Shown piece by piece: positions 20,091-29,524 of a DNA stretch of 35,941 bases. How positions within the stretch are numbered: position 1 is the stretch's first letter; each line of letters begins with the position of its first letter. The notes below the pieces were generated by a model that saw only the letters and a list, made by a program, of their open reading frames with translations, was not told the origin of the DNA and searched no databases. The translations under genes and the position numbers were made by a program. This DNA comes from a virus: IMG/VR virus record IMGVR_UViG_3300029946_000007, one strand, 5' to 3'.

Positions 20091-20528
20091 ATGAACGATT
20101 TGATAACGAAAGTATGCGACGATATCGCTCTGAGCGAAAGGAAAGACACGGCAAAAGAGCTTTATCGGTTTTTCAGAACGGTAAAACCTCAGTTTTACAA
20201 GAACCAGACCGAACAAGAGATGATACAGGAGATAGCGAGCATTCAGATGTTAACGGCAAGCATACCGTTAGACAGGCTCGCGGAGATGTGTCGGCTTGCG
20301 GTTGAAGAATATCCGAGAAGAAAGGCGGAAAACCCGAAAGAGGTATTTAATCTCGATTATCTGCTATCGTTTAAACAGTGCGCGAAAGACAAATTACACC
20401 CGCAAGGTTTTTGTATAATTATCGATTACGACGCTGAAAGTAAAATGACGACTTACGGCGATATTGACTATTTAACGGATAATTTCGATTATCCTGACAA
20501 CGCGCCGCGGTTTTATGAAAAAGATTAG
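20091..20528 (+). CDS. Hypothetical replication-module protein (145 aa)
   Basis: GAGG SD. Tightly follows the organiser gene. Confidence 0.5.
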   Translation: MNDLITKVCDDIALSERKDTAKELYRFFRTVKPQFYKNQTEQEMIQEIASIQMLTASIPLDRLAEMCRLAVEEYPRRKAENPKEVFNLDYLLSFKQCAKDKLHPQGFCIIIDYDAESKMTTYGDIDYLTDNFDYPDNAPRFYEKD

Positions 20529-20561
20529 GAAATTTAAAATGAAAGACATTGAAAGGAATTT

Positions 20562-20993
20562 ATGTTTCATTTCTTTAAATGGCTTAAAAACAAGCTTGTA
20601 GCAACGTTTAAGTGGACTTGGAAACAGCTCAAAGACAAAACGAACTTGATAATTTACATAATCGTGAACATCGTCGTTTCGTCCGAGGTATGGGTGCCGT
20701 ACTTGCTTGCGGTTATTACCGGAAATAAATGGTGGTGGGGAATAGGCTCGGCGTGCTGGGCGTTCTGGATAGGACCGTTTACACCGTTTACGGCAATTTG
20801 TATCGGTATAACCGTTGGAGTTCGTAAAGTTTACGACAAGCTTAAAGAACGAAGAAAAAAGAAAAAGGAGTTGAAAGACGATGATAAGTTGTCATCAGGC
20901 GATAACACGTCGCCCGCCGATTCGGGGCGAAAATCCGTACAAGGAACACAAGGCGAAGATCCAGGAAAGAGTGCGCCGCGCTCGTCAGATTGA
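20562..20993 (+). CDS. Membrane protein (143 aa) with a Lys-rich, low-complexity C-terminus
   Basis: Two or three TM segments (IIYIIVNIVVSSEVWVPYLLAVI, CWAFWIGPFTPFTAICIGITVGV). Confidence 0.5.
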   Translation: MFHFFKWLKNKLVATFKWTWKQLKDKTNLIIYIIVNIVVSSEVWVPYLLAVITGNKWWWGIGSACWAFWIGPFTPFTAICIGITVGVRKVYDKLKERRKKKKELKDDDKLSSGDNTSPADSGRKSVQGTQGEDPGKSAPRSSD

Positions 20994-21096
20994 ATACTGT
21001 TTAACTCAATGCCCGCACGGCGAGAAGCCATGCAACGGCACATGCGAAGAATTAAAGGCTTTTATAAGCATAAAACGAGGTGAGAGCAATGGTTGA
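20881..21096 (+). CDS. Small Cys-rich protein (71 aa), overlapping the upstream gene out of frame
   Basis: AAGGAG SD 10 nt before the ATG. Contains CLTQCPHGEKPCNGTC. Confidence 0.45.
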   Translation: MISCHQAITRRPPIRGENPYKEHKAKIQERVRRARQIEYCLTQCPHGEKPCNGTCEELKAFISIKRGESNG

Positions 21097-21313
21097 TTTA
21101 GCAATCGGAATTATATCGCTTTTAACGCTTATAGCCGTAAACATTGTTTTCTTTATGAAGCCACGAGTCAACCGAAAGGATATTATCCGAACGGTGGCGG
21201 TATGTATCTTTATCTGGGGAAGCGTACTCATTTCGATTATATGCGTTGCAAGAACGCTCGCAGGCTTATTAAACGGCGATTTATTGATGAGGTGCGTATT
21301 ATGGAACAGATGA
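21089..21313 (+). CDS. Small membrane protein (74 aa)
   Basis: GAGGTGA SD 4 nt before the ATG at 21089. Two TM segments. Confidence 0.5.
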   Translation: MVDLAIGIISLLTLIAVNIVFFMKPRVNRKDIIRTVAVCIFIWGSVLISIICVARTLAGLLNGDLLMRCVLWNR

Positions 21314-21489
21314 ACGAGCGTGAATACCTCATCAGACGGGCAGATTGCCTTTCTAAGGCGTTTTTACAGTCTGATGAGTATAAGTGCCTACCCGATGAGA
21401 AAAGACAAGATTTAGCCGTGTTTGCGGTCTTTGTAAAAAACTATTTAAAAAAGGAGACGCAGGAAGATGAGTGTGGGGGCGACGATTAA
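21301..21489 (+). CDS. Hypothetical small protein (62 aa)
   Basis: GAGGTG SD 7 nt before the ATG at 21301. Confidence 0.45.
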   Translation: MEQMNEREYLIRRADCLSKAFLQSDEYKCLPDEKRQDLAVFAVFVKNYLKKETQEDECGGDD

Positions 21490-21752
21490 AGACGACGGCA
21501 TGAATCAATGTTCGGTTTTCGACGGTCGCAGAAATGAGAGAGTATGCAAATGGCAAGCCCCTTTACGGTTGGCATATCTCCGACTTGAAGATTTACGACA
21601 AGCCGAAAGAATTGAGTGAGTTTATAAACTCGTGTTCTCGCGTGAAATGTATAAGCGGCTGCAAAGATATGAAGATAGAACACGCCGAGTGATTGAATAA
21701 AAACAAAAGACATATAACTCGCCCGCCGCAAAGTTGGCAATACCTATATTGA
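21467..21752 (+). pseudogene. Decayed remnant of a conserved Firmicutes-prophage gene (...YGWHISDLKIYDKPKELSEF...RPPQSW... family)
   Basis: The start (ATG 21467, after GGAG) is in a different frame from the conserved body (21504-21689). An in-frame TGA at 21690 separates the body from the conserved C-terminal RPPQSWQYLY (21720-21749). Confidence 0.5.
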
Positions 21753-21807
21753 GAATTACACAGTCCTGGGAATTGAAAGACAAAAAACAATTAACCGAGG
21801 TGAAACG

Positions 21808-22275
21808 ATGAACAGAATAGAAGTCAAGGAGTATTTACGAAGATATAAGAGAGCATGCTCGGATTACGAAAGAGTTAAATATAACCTTTACGCGGTCAAT
21901 AACGACCTTTACGGCTTACAAGTCACGAAGTACGATAAAATACCCGTACAAGGCGGAAACGGCGTTAAAGACCGTTTAGAGGGGCTTATGGATAAGTCCG
22001 AAAAGCTTTCGAAACAGCTTAACGAACTCGGGGAGAAGAAAGACGCAATAAAAGAAGAAATCGAGCAGTTTATCCGCGTGCTTAATAATCCCGACTGGGA
22101 AAATATACTGTTTGACTTTTACATAAAGGACATGAGTTACACCGAAATTGAGAAAAAAGGCGGCTACGCTTGGGGAGTACCGAAGAATATAACTTCGCTT
22201 GCATGTGTCCGCCTGGCTCAGATATGGACGGCGAAAAAGCTAATCGCCGAGGTTAAGGAAGAAGCTCGTGTGTGA
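21808..22275 (+). CDS. Late-gene transcriptional regulator (sigma-70 region-4-like HTH; DUF1492/ArpU/RinA-type)
   Basis: GAGGTGA SD. N-terminal KEYLRRYKRA, a coiled coil, and ILFDFYIKDMSYTEIEKK. Its position directly upstream of terS is typical. Confidence 0.5.
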   Translation: MNRIEVKEYLRRYKRACSDYERVKYNLYAVNNDLYGLQVTKYDKIPVQGGNGVKDRLEGLMDKSEKLSKQLNELGEKKDAIKEEIEQFIRVLNNPDWENILFDFYIKDMSYTEIEKKGGYAWGVPKNITSLACVRLAQIWTAKKLIAEVKEEARV

Positions 22276-22294
22276 AAGAAATTTTCATAAATTA

Positions 22295-22336
22295 GTTACC
22301 GAAAATTACCTAAAGTTACTTTTCAAGTGCTATAAT
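22295..22336 (+). promoter_or_regulatory. Candidate late promoter: three 10-bp-phased TTAC(C/T) repeats plus an extended -10 (TGcTATAAT), with no good -35
   Basis: TTAC at 22296, 22306 and 22316. TGCTATAAT at 22328-22336. Confidence 0.5.
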
Positions 22337-22354
22337 GGTAGCATAAAAATTTAT

Positions 22355-22384
22355 AAACGTCGTCCGAGAGGTCGGCGTTTTTTT
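22355..22384 (+). terminator. Intrinsic terminator between the late promoter and terS
   Basis: Stem acgtcgtcc/ggtcggcgt (one mismatch, one G-U pair) closing a GAGA tetraloop, followed by a T7 run. It lies about 15 nt downstream of the predicted start site. Confidence 0.6.
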
Positions 22385-22400
22385 GTTGTAAGGAGTAACC

Positions 22401-22892
22401 GTGAGAGGCAAGAAGAACGATAGCAGGGCAAGGGAACTCGCTTATCAGCTTCTTGCGGAAGGAAGAACACCCTCAGAAGTTGAAAGAGAGGTTAAGGCTC
22501 ATGGATATCAGTTTTCGCGGGGCAGTGTATACAACCTCAAAAATGAAATTGAGAAGAATCCCGAAGCCAAAAAAGCTTTCAACGAACTAAGACAATTAAA
22601 AAAAGAGGAAATAAGCAGGCTTAACGATGAGATCCTTAACCGTTCGGCAAACGAACTGATAAGACGGCTTAAGGCTCACCCCGAAGCTTTTCCGACAAAA
22701 GAGCTTATAACAACCTATGGCATAGCAATGGATAAGCGTAAGCTTTTAACAGACGGAGAGACGTCGGAGACAAAGCAAGGACAGTGTAACAGTGTTATAG
22801 CTCTCACCGATAAACTCAAAGCCCGCACGATTGAGGGCGTAGAAGAGCCTACAACCGACGATATGACGGAAAGCGAGGCAGACGGTGAGTAA
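22401..22892 (+). CDS. terS: Terminase small subunit (163 aa)
   Basis: AGGAG SD 5 nt before the GTG at 22401. N-terminal HTH-like segment. Overlaps terL by 8 nt. Confidence 0.5.
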   Translation: MRGKKNDSRARELAYQLLAEGRTPSEVEREVKAHGYQFSRGSVYNLKNEIEKNPEAKKAFNELRQLKKEEISRLNDEILNRSANELIRRLKAHPEAFPTKELITTYGIAMDKRKLLTDGETSETKQGQCNSVIALTDKLKARTIEGVEEPTTDDMTESEADGE

Positions 22893-24222
22893 TATAAAAT
22901 TTACAAATAAAATGCTTGACGCCGTTTCTGTGGCGTTAAAACCGCAAGTTAATTTATTGACGTTTGAAGGGACAGTAAGGTCGTCGAAGACCGTTACAGC
23001 CGTTCAAGCGTTTTTTTATAGAGTAATACAATCGGACGGCTTTCTGCACCTTATCGCGGGGCGTGACTTTGACACAATAAAAAACAACGTGCTTGAAGCT
23101 GACGGATTGGGGCTTTTGCCGCAGTTTGAGCCATATTGCAAGCTCGATAAAGACAAAATCGGCAGTTATTACGTTAAGGTCACTGTCGGACGGATAAACA
23201 AGAAGATTATGCTCGTCAATTACTCGAATATATCGCAATGGAAGAAAGTCCTCGGATCGTCTATCGAATGCGTTTTTGTGGACGAAGTCAATATCGCGGA
23301 TAAGCAGTTCGTTGACGAGTGCTTTTCTCGTCAAGTATCGTTCGACCACCCTTTTACGATATTTACGCTTAATGGTGATATACCTACGCATTGGTGTTAT
23401 ACGGATTATATCAACACATCAACGATTATAGGTAATGCCCCTGCTTCGATTATAGCGGATATGGCAAAGGTCGAAAAGGTCAAAGGGCGATATTATGTGC
23501 ATTGGACGTTTGAGGACAATCCCGTAATGACCCCCGAGAAAATAGAGAGAGCGAAAGCACTCTATCCGATAGGATCGTATTATTACACGATAAAGATACT
23601 CGGCGAGCGTGGCGCGCCCGGGGAACTCATCTTTCTTGACTATCTGACCGATGATATTGTACAGCATTTCGAGTATACCGATTTTGACATATACACCGTC
23701 GGCATAGATATAGGCGCAACGAGAGCAAAAAACTCTGTGTCGTTAATAGGCTTTAAAAGGGACTTTTCGGCGGCGGCTATAATGGACTGCCAGGCGTTTG
23801 ACCTATGCGGCTACAAGGAAAAAACAGAGCGCATAAAGAGCATTGTGGACGGTTGGAAAGAACACGGGATATATATTGAGGGCGTTTTTATCGACAGCGC
23901 AGAGCAGAACTACATAGCAGACATGAAGACGGCTTTCAATGCCGAACATCTTCCGCCTGTTGCAGGCTCGTACAAGGCTACAATCAAGGCGAGAATCGAT
24001 TTGCTTATAATCTTGTTCTCGCTTAAGCGTTTGAAGTTTAACGACAATGCGGGCGGAAAGAGAGCGTTACAAGCGTATAAAATCGCGAAGTGGGCGGAAG
24101 ACAAGAAAGGCGAAGAGAGAGAAGATAATAACGAGCCGCAAAACGATATCATGGACAGCGTAGAGTACGCTATAACAAGACACATGAACGCCCTTTTAAA
24201 AGCGGCAACGGAGCGTAAATAA
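22885..24222 (+). CDS. terL: Terminase large subunit (445 aa)
   Basis: Deviant Walker A (GTVRSSKT) and Walker B (CVFVDEV), with a nuclease-like C-terminal half. The size and its position before the portal gene fit. GTG start. Confidence 0.8.
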   Translation: MSNIKFTNKMLDAVSVALKPQVNLLTFEGTVRSSKTVTAVQAFFYRVIQSDGFLHLIAGRDFDTIKNNVLEADGLGLLPQFEPYCKLDKDKIGSYYVKVTVGRINKKIMLVNYSNISQWKKVLGSSIECVFVDEVNIADKQFVDECFSRQVSFDHPFTIFTLNGDIPTHWCYTDYINTSTIIGNAPASIIADMAKVEKVKGRYYVHWTFEDNPVMTPEKIERAKALYPIGSYYYTIKILGERGAPGELIFLDYLTDDIVQHFEYTDFDIYTVGIDIGATRAKNSVSLIGFKRDFSAAAIMDCQAFDLCGYKEKTERIKSIVDGWKEHGIYIEGVFIDSAEQNYIADMKTAFNAEHLPPVAGSYKATIKARIDLLIILFSLKRLKFNDNAGGKRALQAYKIAKWAEDKKGEEREDNNEPQNDIMDSVEYAITRHMNALLKAATERK

Positions 24223-24223
24223 A

Positions 24224-25972
24224 ATGGGTTTAAGAGATTTTTTTACAAGGCGGCGGTTAAACCGCTTGCAAAGGGATTTAGACATGTTAAGGAATACTAT
24301 AAAATTTAATCCGTATGCGGTGACTATAACCGATAACGAGACGGATAAAGCCTTTTCGGAAAAAATAACGGAATACCGCGTTTGGAGCATGGGAAACGCC
24401 TACATTTTGCGTCGATTCTTCCTCGGTGCGGTGCAGGAGTGCGGGACGTGCAATTACTTTTGGACGCGTGCGCCGCTTTACTATCGTATGCTTCACAGCG
24501 GCTTGCCCGGGCTTATCTGCTCGAAAATGCCGAGAGTGCTATTCGGTAACGGCATATCTCCTACGGTGTCCGTTTACAAGGATAACGGCGATGTGGATAA
24601 GACAAAAACAAAGACGGCTACCGATTACGCGTTACAGCTTATTGATAAGGTTAATCTACGAGACGTATTGACCGAATGCTCTACGAACGAAAGTTGGGGC
24701 GGTCACTCGTTTATAAAGTTTTCTTACGATACCGAGCTTTCAAACTATCCTATTATCGAAGCTTCGGATATCATGTCAACGGAGATAGTCAAAGAGCGCG
24801 GCATTACCGTGGCGATTATCTTCAAAACATGGTATGAGAAAGAGAAAGGACAAAACACGGGCTTAGGAAGCCGCAAATACCGCTTAGACGAGATTTACAC
24901 GACCAACGACAGCGGGGACGCGGTTATTCGTTATGAGCTTTACGAGACATCCACGGGCGAAGATAAGCGTGTGCCGCTTAACTCTATACCCGAAACGGCT
25001 AAGGTCGTTGAAACGGTAGGCGAGAACGACGAGATAGTATTTAAAGGCTTGCAAGGCATGTTAGCCTTTGAAAAACCTAACCGCTTGCCGTCGTTGATGT
25101 TCCCGCATTCGAATTACGGTGCTTCCGACTTCGAGGGCGCGACCGATTCGTTCGACGCGGTAGACGAAGCGTATTCGACGATTATCAACGAAATACGAGA
25201 CAACAGAACGTTAAGATATTTCAAGAGCACGGCGTTCAGAAGAGACAAGGACGGTAACGTTATAACACCCGACGACGGATTTACGAAAAACTACGTATAT
25301 ACCGAAAGCGACGTAGACCAGGAGCAAGGCGGCGAAAAAAACCGCATGATAGACCAGGTAAACGATAAGACCGAAGAGCATAAACAGAAGTATTTAACGG
25401 CTGTTACGGTGGCTTTAAACAAGGCGGGCTTGTCTCCTTATTCGATAGGTATAACGGGGCTTGAGAGTATCAACCAAAGTGCTGAGAGCCAACAGGAACG
25501 TAACAAGGTAACACTTGAAACGCGCAAGGCAAAGCTTGAGCTGTGGAAGCCGTACCTTGCGGCAGTATTAACAAAGCTCTTAGCATTCAACACATACCTT
25601 TTAAAGACTGTAGGCGTAAAGCAAGACGATTTACCGCTTGAAGACATGGATATAACGCTTTCGACTGTAACGGTCGATTTCGGCGAGTATTTACAGGACA
25701 CCGACAAAGACCTTGTGGATATTTGGGGTCTTGCTAAATCGCAAGGTATATCGTCCACGCAAAACGCCGTCCGCGAGCTTCATAAGGATTGGACGGAAAA
25801 GCAGATCCTTGACGAGGCAAACACGATTGCATTCGAGCAAGGCATGGCAACGGACACCCCGAACGGACTTCCCGAGCTTACGGGCGTTGACATGGGCGAT
25901 GATGAAGACGACGAGGACGACGAGGACGAAAAAGACAAGAAAGAGAAAGAGAAGGGCGGTGATTCCGCTTGA
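24224..25972 (+). CDS. Portal protein (582 aa) with an acidic C-terminal tail
   Basis: Size and position immediately after terL. The C-terminus reads DDEDDEDDEDEKDKKEKEK. Confidence 0.75.
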   Translation: MGLRDFFTRRRLNRLQRDLDMLRNTIKFNPYAVTITDNETDKAFSEKITEYRVWSMGNAYILRRFFLGAVQECGTCNYFWTRAPLYYRMLHSGLPGLICSKMPRVLFGNGISPTVSVYKDNGDVDKTKTKTATDYALQLIDKVNLRDVLTECSTNESWGGHSFIKFSYDTELSNYPIIEASDIMSTEIVKERGITVAIIFKTWYEKEKGQNTGLGSRKYRLDEIYTTNDSGDAVIRYELYETSTGEDKRVPLNSIPETAKVVETVGENDEIVFKGLQGMLAFEKPNRLPSLMFPHSNYGASDFEGATDSFDAVDEAYSTIINEIRDNRTLRYFKSTAFRRDKDGNVITPDDGFTKNYVYTESDVDQEQGGEKNRMIDQVNDKTEEHKQKYLTAVTVALNKAGLSPYSIGITGLESINQSAESQQERNKVTLETRKAKLELWKPYLAAVLTKLLAFNTYLLKTVGVKQDDLPLEDMDITLSTVTVDFGEYLQDTDKDLVDIWGLAKSQGISSTQNAVRELHKDWTEKQILDEANTIAFEQGMATDTPNGLPELTGVDMGDDEDDEDDEDEKDKKEKEKGGDSA

Positions 25973-27018
25973 GCGATTTAAGGTCGTTTACGCCCGTTGA
26001 ACCTAACACGGCAGGAAAGGCGTTAATAGCCGTTCAGACGGTCGTTACAAGGATAAAAGAACTGATAGTCGGGAGCATTGCGAAAGGTGTCAATAAGGAC
26101 GAAATAACGCGGCAACTCAATAAGCTTATATCCGATTTCTGCAAGACGATAGAAAACGAAGCGTTACGAGAACAGAATCGCAAGGCGTTGGTTACGGCGG
26201 CGAAAAAGTGGTATTACACTACGACGACGACGTTTGAGATAGTAAACAGAAATTTACTATCGATGAGCGGTAATATCTACCGAATCGGCGCGAATGATTC
26301 TACAAGCCATATAACCGAGCTGAGACCCCGACAAGACCGAGGAATAAACCTCGGCACTCCGCTCATCGCCGACTACAAAAGAAGCGTGAGATTGGCTATA
26401 AAAGCCTTAGCGGCAGACCCGCCGCTTGTGGTTACGAGACGAGACGGCAAGACTTATACAATGCCGATTCGAAATCGTGCGGAAATAGCGGTGAGGTACG
26501 ACGCGAACGTAAAGGACTTGCAAAAGTTTGCAAGTTCGGGCGTTGACCTTGTCTGGACTTCACAGCACCCGAACTGTTCGCCGCGCTGTAAGGACTATCA
26601 AGGCAAATTGTGGAGCATAAGCGGCAAAAGCGGTAAGATAAACGGCATTACATATCGCCCTTTGTCCGAAGCTATACAAGGCAAGTTAAAGGACGGCAAC
26701 GGCATTATAACGGGCTATAATTGCCGTCATAGACTTATAGAGTATACGGCAAACTCACACCCGCCGCAAGAGCTATCAGAGGCGGAGATTAAGAAACAAT
26801 ACGCTATCGATAAAAAGCAACGCGCTTACGAGAACAACATTCGGCATATGAAGACGAATGAGAGGCTTTTAAGGGCGACTGGCGATATCGAGGGCGCAAA
26901 GGCGTTACGTAAACGGTGGCGGCGTGCTACAAAGCTATATCAGGCGTACTCATTCGAGAACGGCAGACCGTTCTACCCCGACAGGTGCATAATCGATGAA
27001 GTAGAGCTAACTCAATAA
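25969..27018 (+). CDS. Head morphogenesis / minor capsid protein (SPP1 gp7 / Mu F-like)
   Basis: Lies after the portal gene. Motifs HPNCSPRCKDYQGK and GYNCRHRL. TTG start overlapping the portal stop. Confidence 0.6.
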   Translation: MSDLRSFTPVEPNTAGKALIAVQTVVTRIKELIVGSIAKGVNKDEITRQLNKLISDFCKTIENEALREQNRKALVTAAKKWYYTTTTTFEIVNRNLLSMSGNIYRIGANDSTSHITELRPRQDRGINLGTPLIADYKRSVRLAIKALAADPPLVVTRRDGKTYTMPIRNRAEIAVRYDANVKDLQKFASSGVDLVWTSQHPNCSPRCKDYQGKLWSISGKSGKINGITYRPLSEAIQGKLKDGNGIITGYNCRHRLIEYTANSHPPQELSEAEIKKQYAIDKKQRAYENNIRHMKTNERLLRATGDIEGAKALRKRWRRATKLYQAYSFENGRPFYPDRCIIDEVELTQ

Positions 27019-27022
27019 TTCA

Positions 27023-27050
27023 AGACGAGGTAATAACCCCGTCTTTTTTT
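27023..27050 (+). terminator. Intrinsic terminator (probably partial) before the scaffold and capsid genes
   Basis: Stem agacgagg/ccccgtct (one mismatch) followed by a T7 run. Confidence 0.55.
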
Positions 27051-27158
27051 ATAACGGCTCGGCGGAGCTTTAAACGCAAATAGGTCTGGCAAGACGTTTA
27101 AACATGCACTTGTCGGCGGAAGACACCGCTTAAAACGAAGACAAGATAGGAGAACAAC

Positions 27159-27761
27159 ATGACACTTAAAGAATTACTCGGAACCAGCTATCGCGACGGT
27201 ATGACCGTTGAAGAGGCGGACAAGGCATTCGGAGAAGCAGGCGCAAAGCTTTTTGACCTTTCAAAAGGCGAGTATGTCGGGAAAGGGAGATATCAGACCC
27301 TCGAAGCAGACGTAAAAGCGAAAATGGAAGAAAACGCCGCGCTTGTAAAACAGCTTGAAGAGCTTAGAAAAAACAGCCCCGAAATCGTCAAAGCCGAAAT
27401 CGCTAAACTTCAGGAACAGCTCAAAGCAAAAGATGAGGAATACACGCAGAAGTACAATGCGCGCGAAAAAGAATACCTCATCGACGGCATTTTGAGAGAC
27501 GCAAAGCCGAAGAACCTCGGCGCGCTTAAAGGCGCGTTAAACGGCAAATTTGACTTTACGAAGGCAGAAGTCAAGGACGGCAAAGTGGCAGGACTTTCCG
27601 AGATTCTCACTCAGCTCAAAGAATCCGACGGGTATTTATTCGAGGATTCCGTAGCTGCACCAAAAGTCGCGGGCTTACCCCCCGCAGGCAAGAACGCAGG
27701 CGCAAAGACCGATGAATTCAATTTCGGTTTTACGGGCGTCAGAGCCAAACCACAGGGTTAA
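27159..27761 (+). CDS. Scaffolding protein (GP20-like)
   Basis: Strongly helical and charged (EELRKNSPEIVKAEIAKLQEQLKAKDEEY). Lies immediately upstream of the capsid gene. Confidence 0.6.
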   Translation: MTLKELLGTSYRDGMTVEEADKAFGEAGAKLFDLSKGEYVGKGRYQTLEADVKAKMEENAALVKQLEELRKNSPEIVKAEIAKLQEQLKAKDEEYTQKYNAREKEYLIDGILRDAKPKNLGALKGALNGKFDFTKAEVKDGKVAGLSEILTQLKESDGYLFEDSVAAPKVAGLPPAGKNAGAKTDEFNFGFTGVRAKPQG

Positions 27762-27800
27762 AAATTAACAAAAAATAAAAAACAGGAGATTTAAATTATC

Positions 27801-28697
27801 ATGGCATTCGCAAAAGCAGCACTTAATTACGCGGTAGCGTATTCGCAGGCACTCGCGCAGGCTTACCCCTATGCGCTTTATTTCGGCAAACTTTACAACG
27901 TTGAGAACGATTCGAGATATCGCTGGGTAAACGCTGATACTATCAAGATTCCCGTTCTCTCCGTCAAAGGACGTGTAAACGGTGATAGAGATTCTATCGG
28001 TACGGCGGCAAGAAACTACAACAATACGTGGGAAACAAAGCAGCTCACCAACTTTAGGAAGTGGAGTACGCTCGTTCACCCACTTGACATCGACGAGACG
28101 AACGCTGTAGCTTCAATTCAGAACATCACCAAAGTTTTCAACGAAGAGCAGAAGTTCAGAGAAAAGGACTGCTACCTTATCAGCAAGCTCTACGGAGATT
28201 GGACGGGGCAGAGCAAGACGGCTAACACTACGGCAATCACCGCGGCGAACATTCTTACCGTTATCGATAAGATGATGGAAGATATGACCGAGAAGAGAAT
28301 TCCCACGCAGGGCAGAATCCTTTACCTTACCCCCGCGATGAATACATATCTCAAATCGGCTTTACAGCGTAGACTTACGGCTACGGACGACGTCGTTCGC
28401 AGACAGATTGAAATGCTCGACGACGTTGAGATCGTCGAAGTACCTTCCGACTGCATGAAGACGTCTTATACGTTCACCGAAGGTTGCGAAGTGGCGGCTA
28501 AGGCAGGACAGATTAACCTCTTTCTCGTCCACCCCTCGGCGGTCATTACGCCCGAAAGGTACAACTTTGTAAACCTTGCAGAACCTACGGCACTCACCGA
28601 AGGAAAGTATTACTACTATGAGGAGGCTTATGAGGATGTATTCATTCTCAACAAGAAAGCGGACGGTCTTGCATTCAACATAACCGCGAGCGCGTAA
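27801..28697 (+). CDS. Major capsid protein (298 aa)
   Basis: Lies after the scaffold gene. The size and sequence style fit, and stem-loops follow the gene. Confidence 0.7.
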   Translation: MAFAKAALNYAVAYSQALAQAYPYALYFGKLYNVENDSRYRWVNADTIKIPVLSVKGRVNGDRDSIGTAARNYNNTWETKQLTNFRKWSTLVHPLDIDETNAVASIQNITKVFNEEQKFREKDCYLISKLYGDWTGQSKTANTTAITAANILTVIDKMMEDMTEKRIPTQGRILYLTPAMNTYLKSALQRRLTATDDVVRRQIEMLDDVEIVEVPSDCMKTSYTFTEGCEVAAKAGQINLFLVHPSAVITPERYNFVNLAEPTALTEGKYYYYEEAYEDVFILNKKADGLAFNITASA

Positions 28698-28754
28698 AAT
28701 CAAATTTAAGGGGCTGTAAAAAGCCCCTTCCCCTTTGGGGGATAGGAGAAGAAA

Positions 28755-29192
28755 ATGACTTTCCAGGAAGCAAGCAAATTTATAGACGAATACGCAAGCT
28801 ACACAGGCAAGGACTTAAACGAGATTGTAAATCTTCACCCTCAACTTTCCTTGTTGTTCGGAAACGGCGCGGCGTTCGTTCAGCGTGTTGAAAGAATAAT
28901 AACGGAAGAGATTAAATATCGCGCTCCGCTTGTTAATCTCGATGATATGTCTGAGATTCAGAAAGCGGCTCTCAGAAACGCAATAACGGAGCAGATAACT
29001 TACACCGTTGCAAGCGGTGATTTTAGCCTTATATCTGGCTACAATGACGTAGATAACACGTCTTTAAGCACGAAAGAAATACGGCAGAAAATGTTCTCGC
29101 CGTTAGCTATAAAAATATTAACCAACGCGGGGCTTTTATATTCGGGTCTTGACAGAGCCGTTGTGCCGTGTTGGCTCAGAGGTTTAAGATGA
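28755..29192 (+). CDS. Head-tail connector / adaptor protein (145 aa)
   Basis: Gene order after the capsid gene. AGGAGA SD. Confidence 0.45.
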   Translation: MTFQEASKFIDEYASYTGKDLNEIVNLHPQLSLLFGNGAAFVQRVERIITEEIKYRAPLVNLDDMSEIQKAALRNAITEQITYTVASGDFSLISGYNDVDNTSLSTKEIRQKMFSPLAIKILTNAGLLYSGLDRAVVPCWLRGLR

Positions 29193-29524
29193 TAAAAATC
29201 GGCATGGACCTGGCGATACTCAACAGGCACGTTGTAAGCGAAGGCGGGGAGTATTTAGGCGCAAAGCTCAAAGGCGATAATTTTCTCGCGTATGAAACGG
29301 AGTTACCGCTTGCAAGCGAAAAAAACGTTATAGCCGGTACAACCTCAACGGTGAGCGACGTAACGCTTGCGCTTGCTACGTCCGATAATATCGCCGCTAC
29401 GATAGTAAGCGACGACACGGTAGCGTGGAAAGGTCGGACGTATTCCGTCTCGAATGTAACCGCACGCAGAAAGAAAGGCGGCATGCTCTTTTCAAAAGAG
29501 TACGTTGTTTACTTAAAAGGTTAA
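29189..29524 (+). CDS. Head closure / head-tail joining protein (111 aa)
   Basis: ATG at 29189 overlaps the upstream stop (ATGA). Called from gene order. Confidence 0.4.
   Translation: MIKIGMDLAILNRHVVSEGGEYLGAKLKGDNFLAYETELPLASEKNVIAGTTSTVSDVTLALATSDNIAATIVSDDTVAWKGRTYSVSNVTARRKKGGMLFSKEYVVYLKG

Noticed and set aside
20853-20861. A dnaX-type slippery heptamer A_AAA_AAG, in register in the 20562-20993 gene and just upstream of the overlapping 20881 ORF.
   Set aside because: A -1 shift leads to a stop after 7 codons, not into the 20881 frame, which is +1. The 20881 ORF has its own SD and ATG, so ordinary overlapping genes explain the layout. The A-run simply encodes the Lys-rich segment.
21468-21752. 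Alternative genetic code (TGA read as an amino acid), suggested by in-frame TGAs in the conserved remnant.
   Set aside because: TGA clearly terminates well-defined genes elsewhere. For example, ssb ends ...EELPF-TGA at its canonical C-terminus, and several ATGA stop-start overlaps use it. A pseudogene or a local error is more parsimonious.
28698-28754. Hairpins after the major capsid gene (GGGGCT/AGCCCC and CCCC/GGGG), considered as a terminator.
   Set aside because: No U-tract follows them. They may be an RNA-stabilising or attenuating structure, but I cannot support a terminator call.
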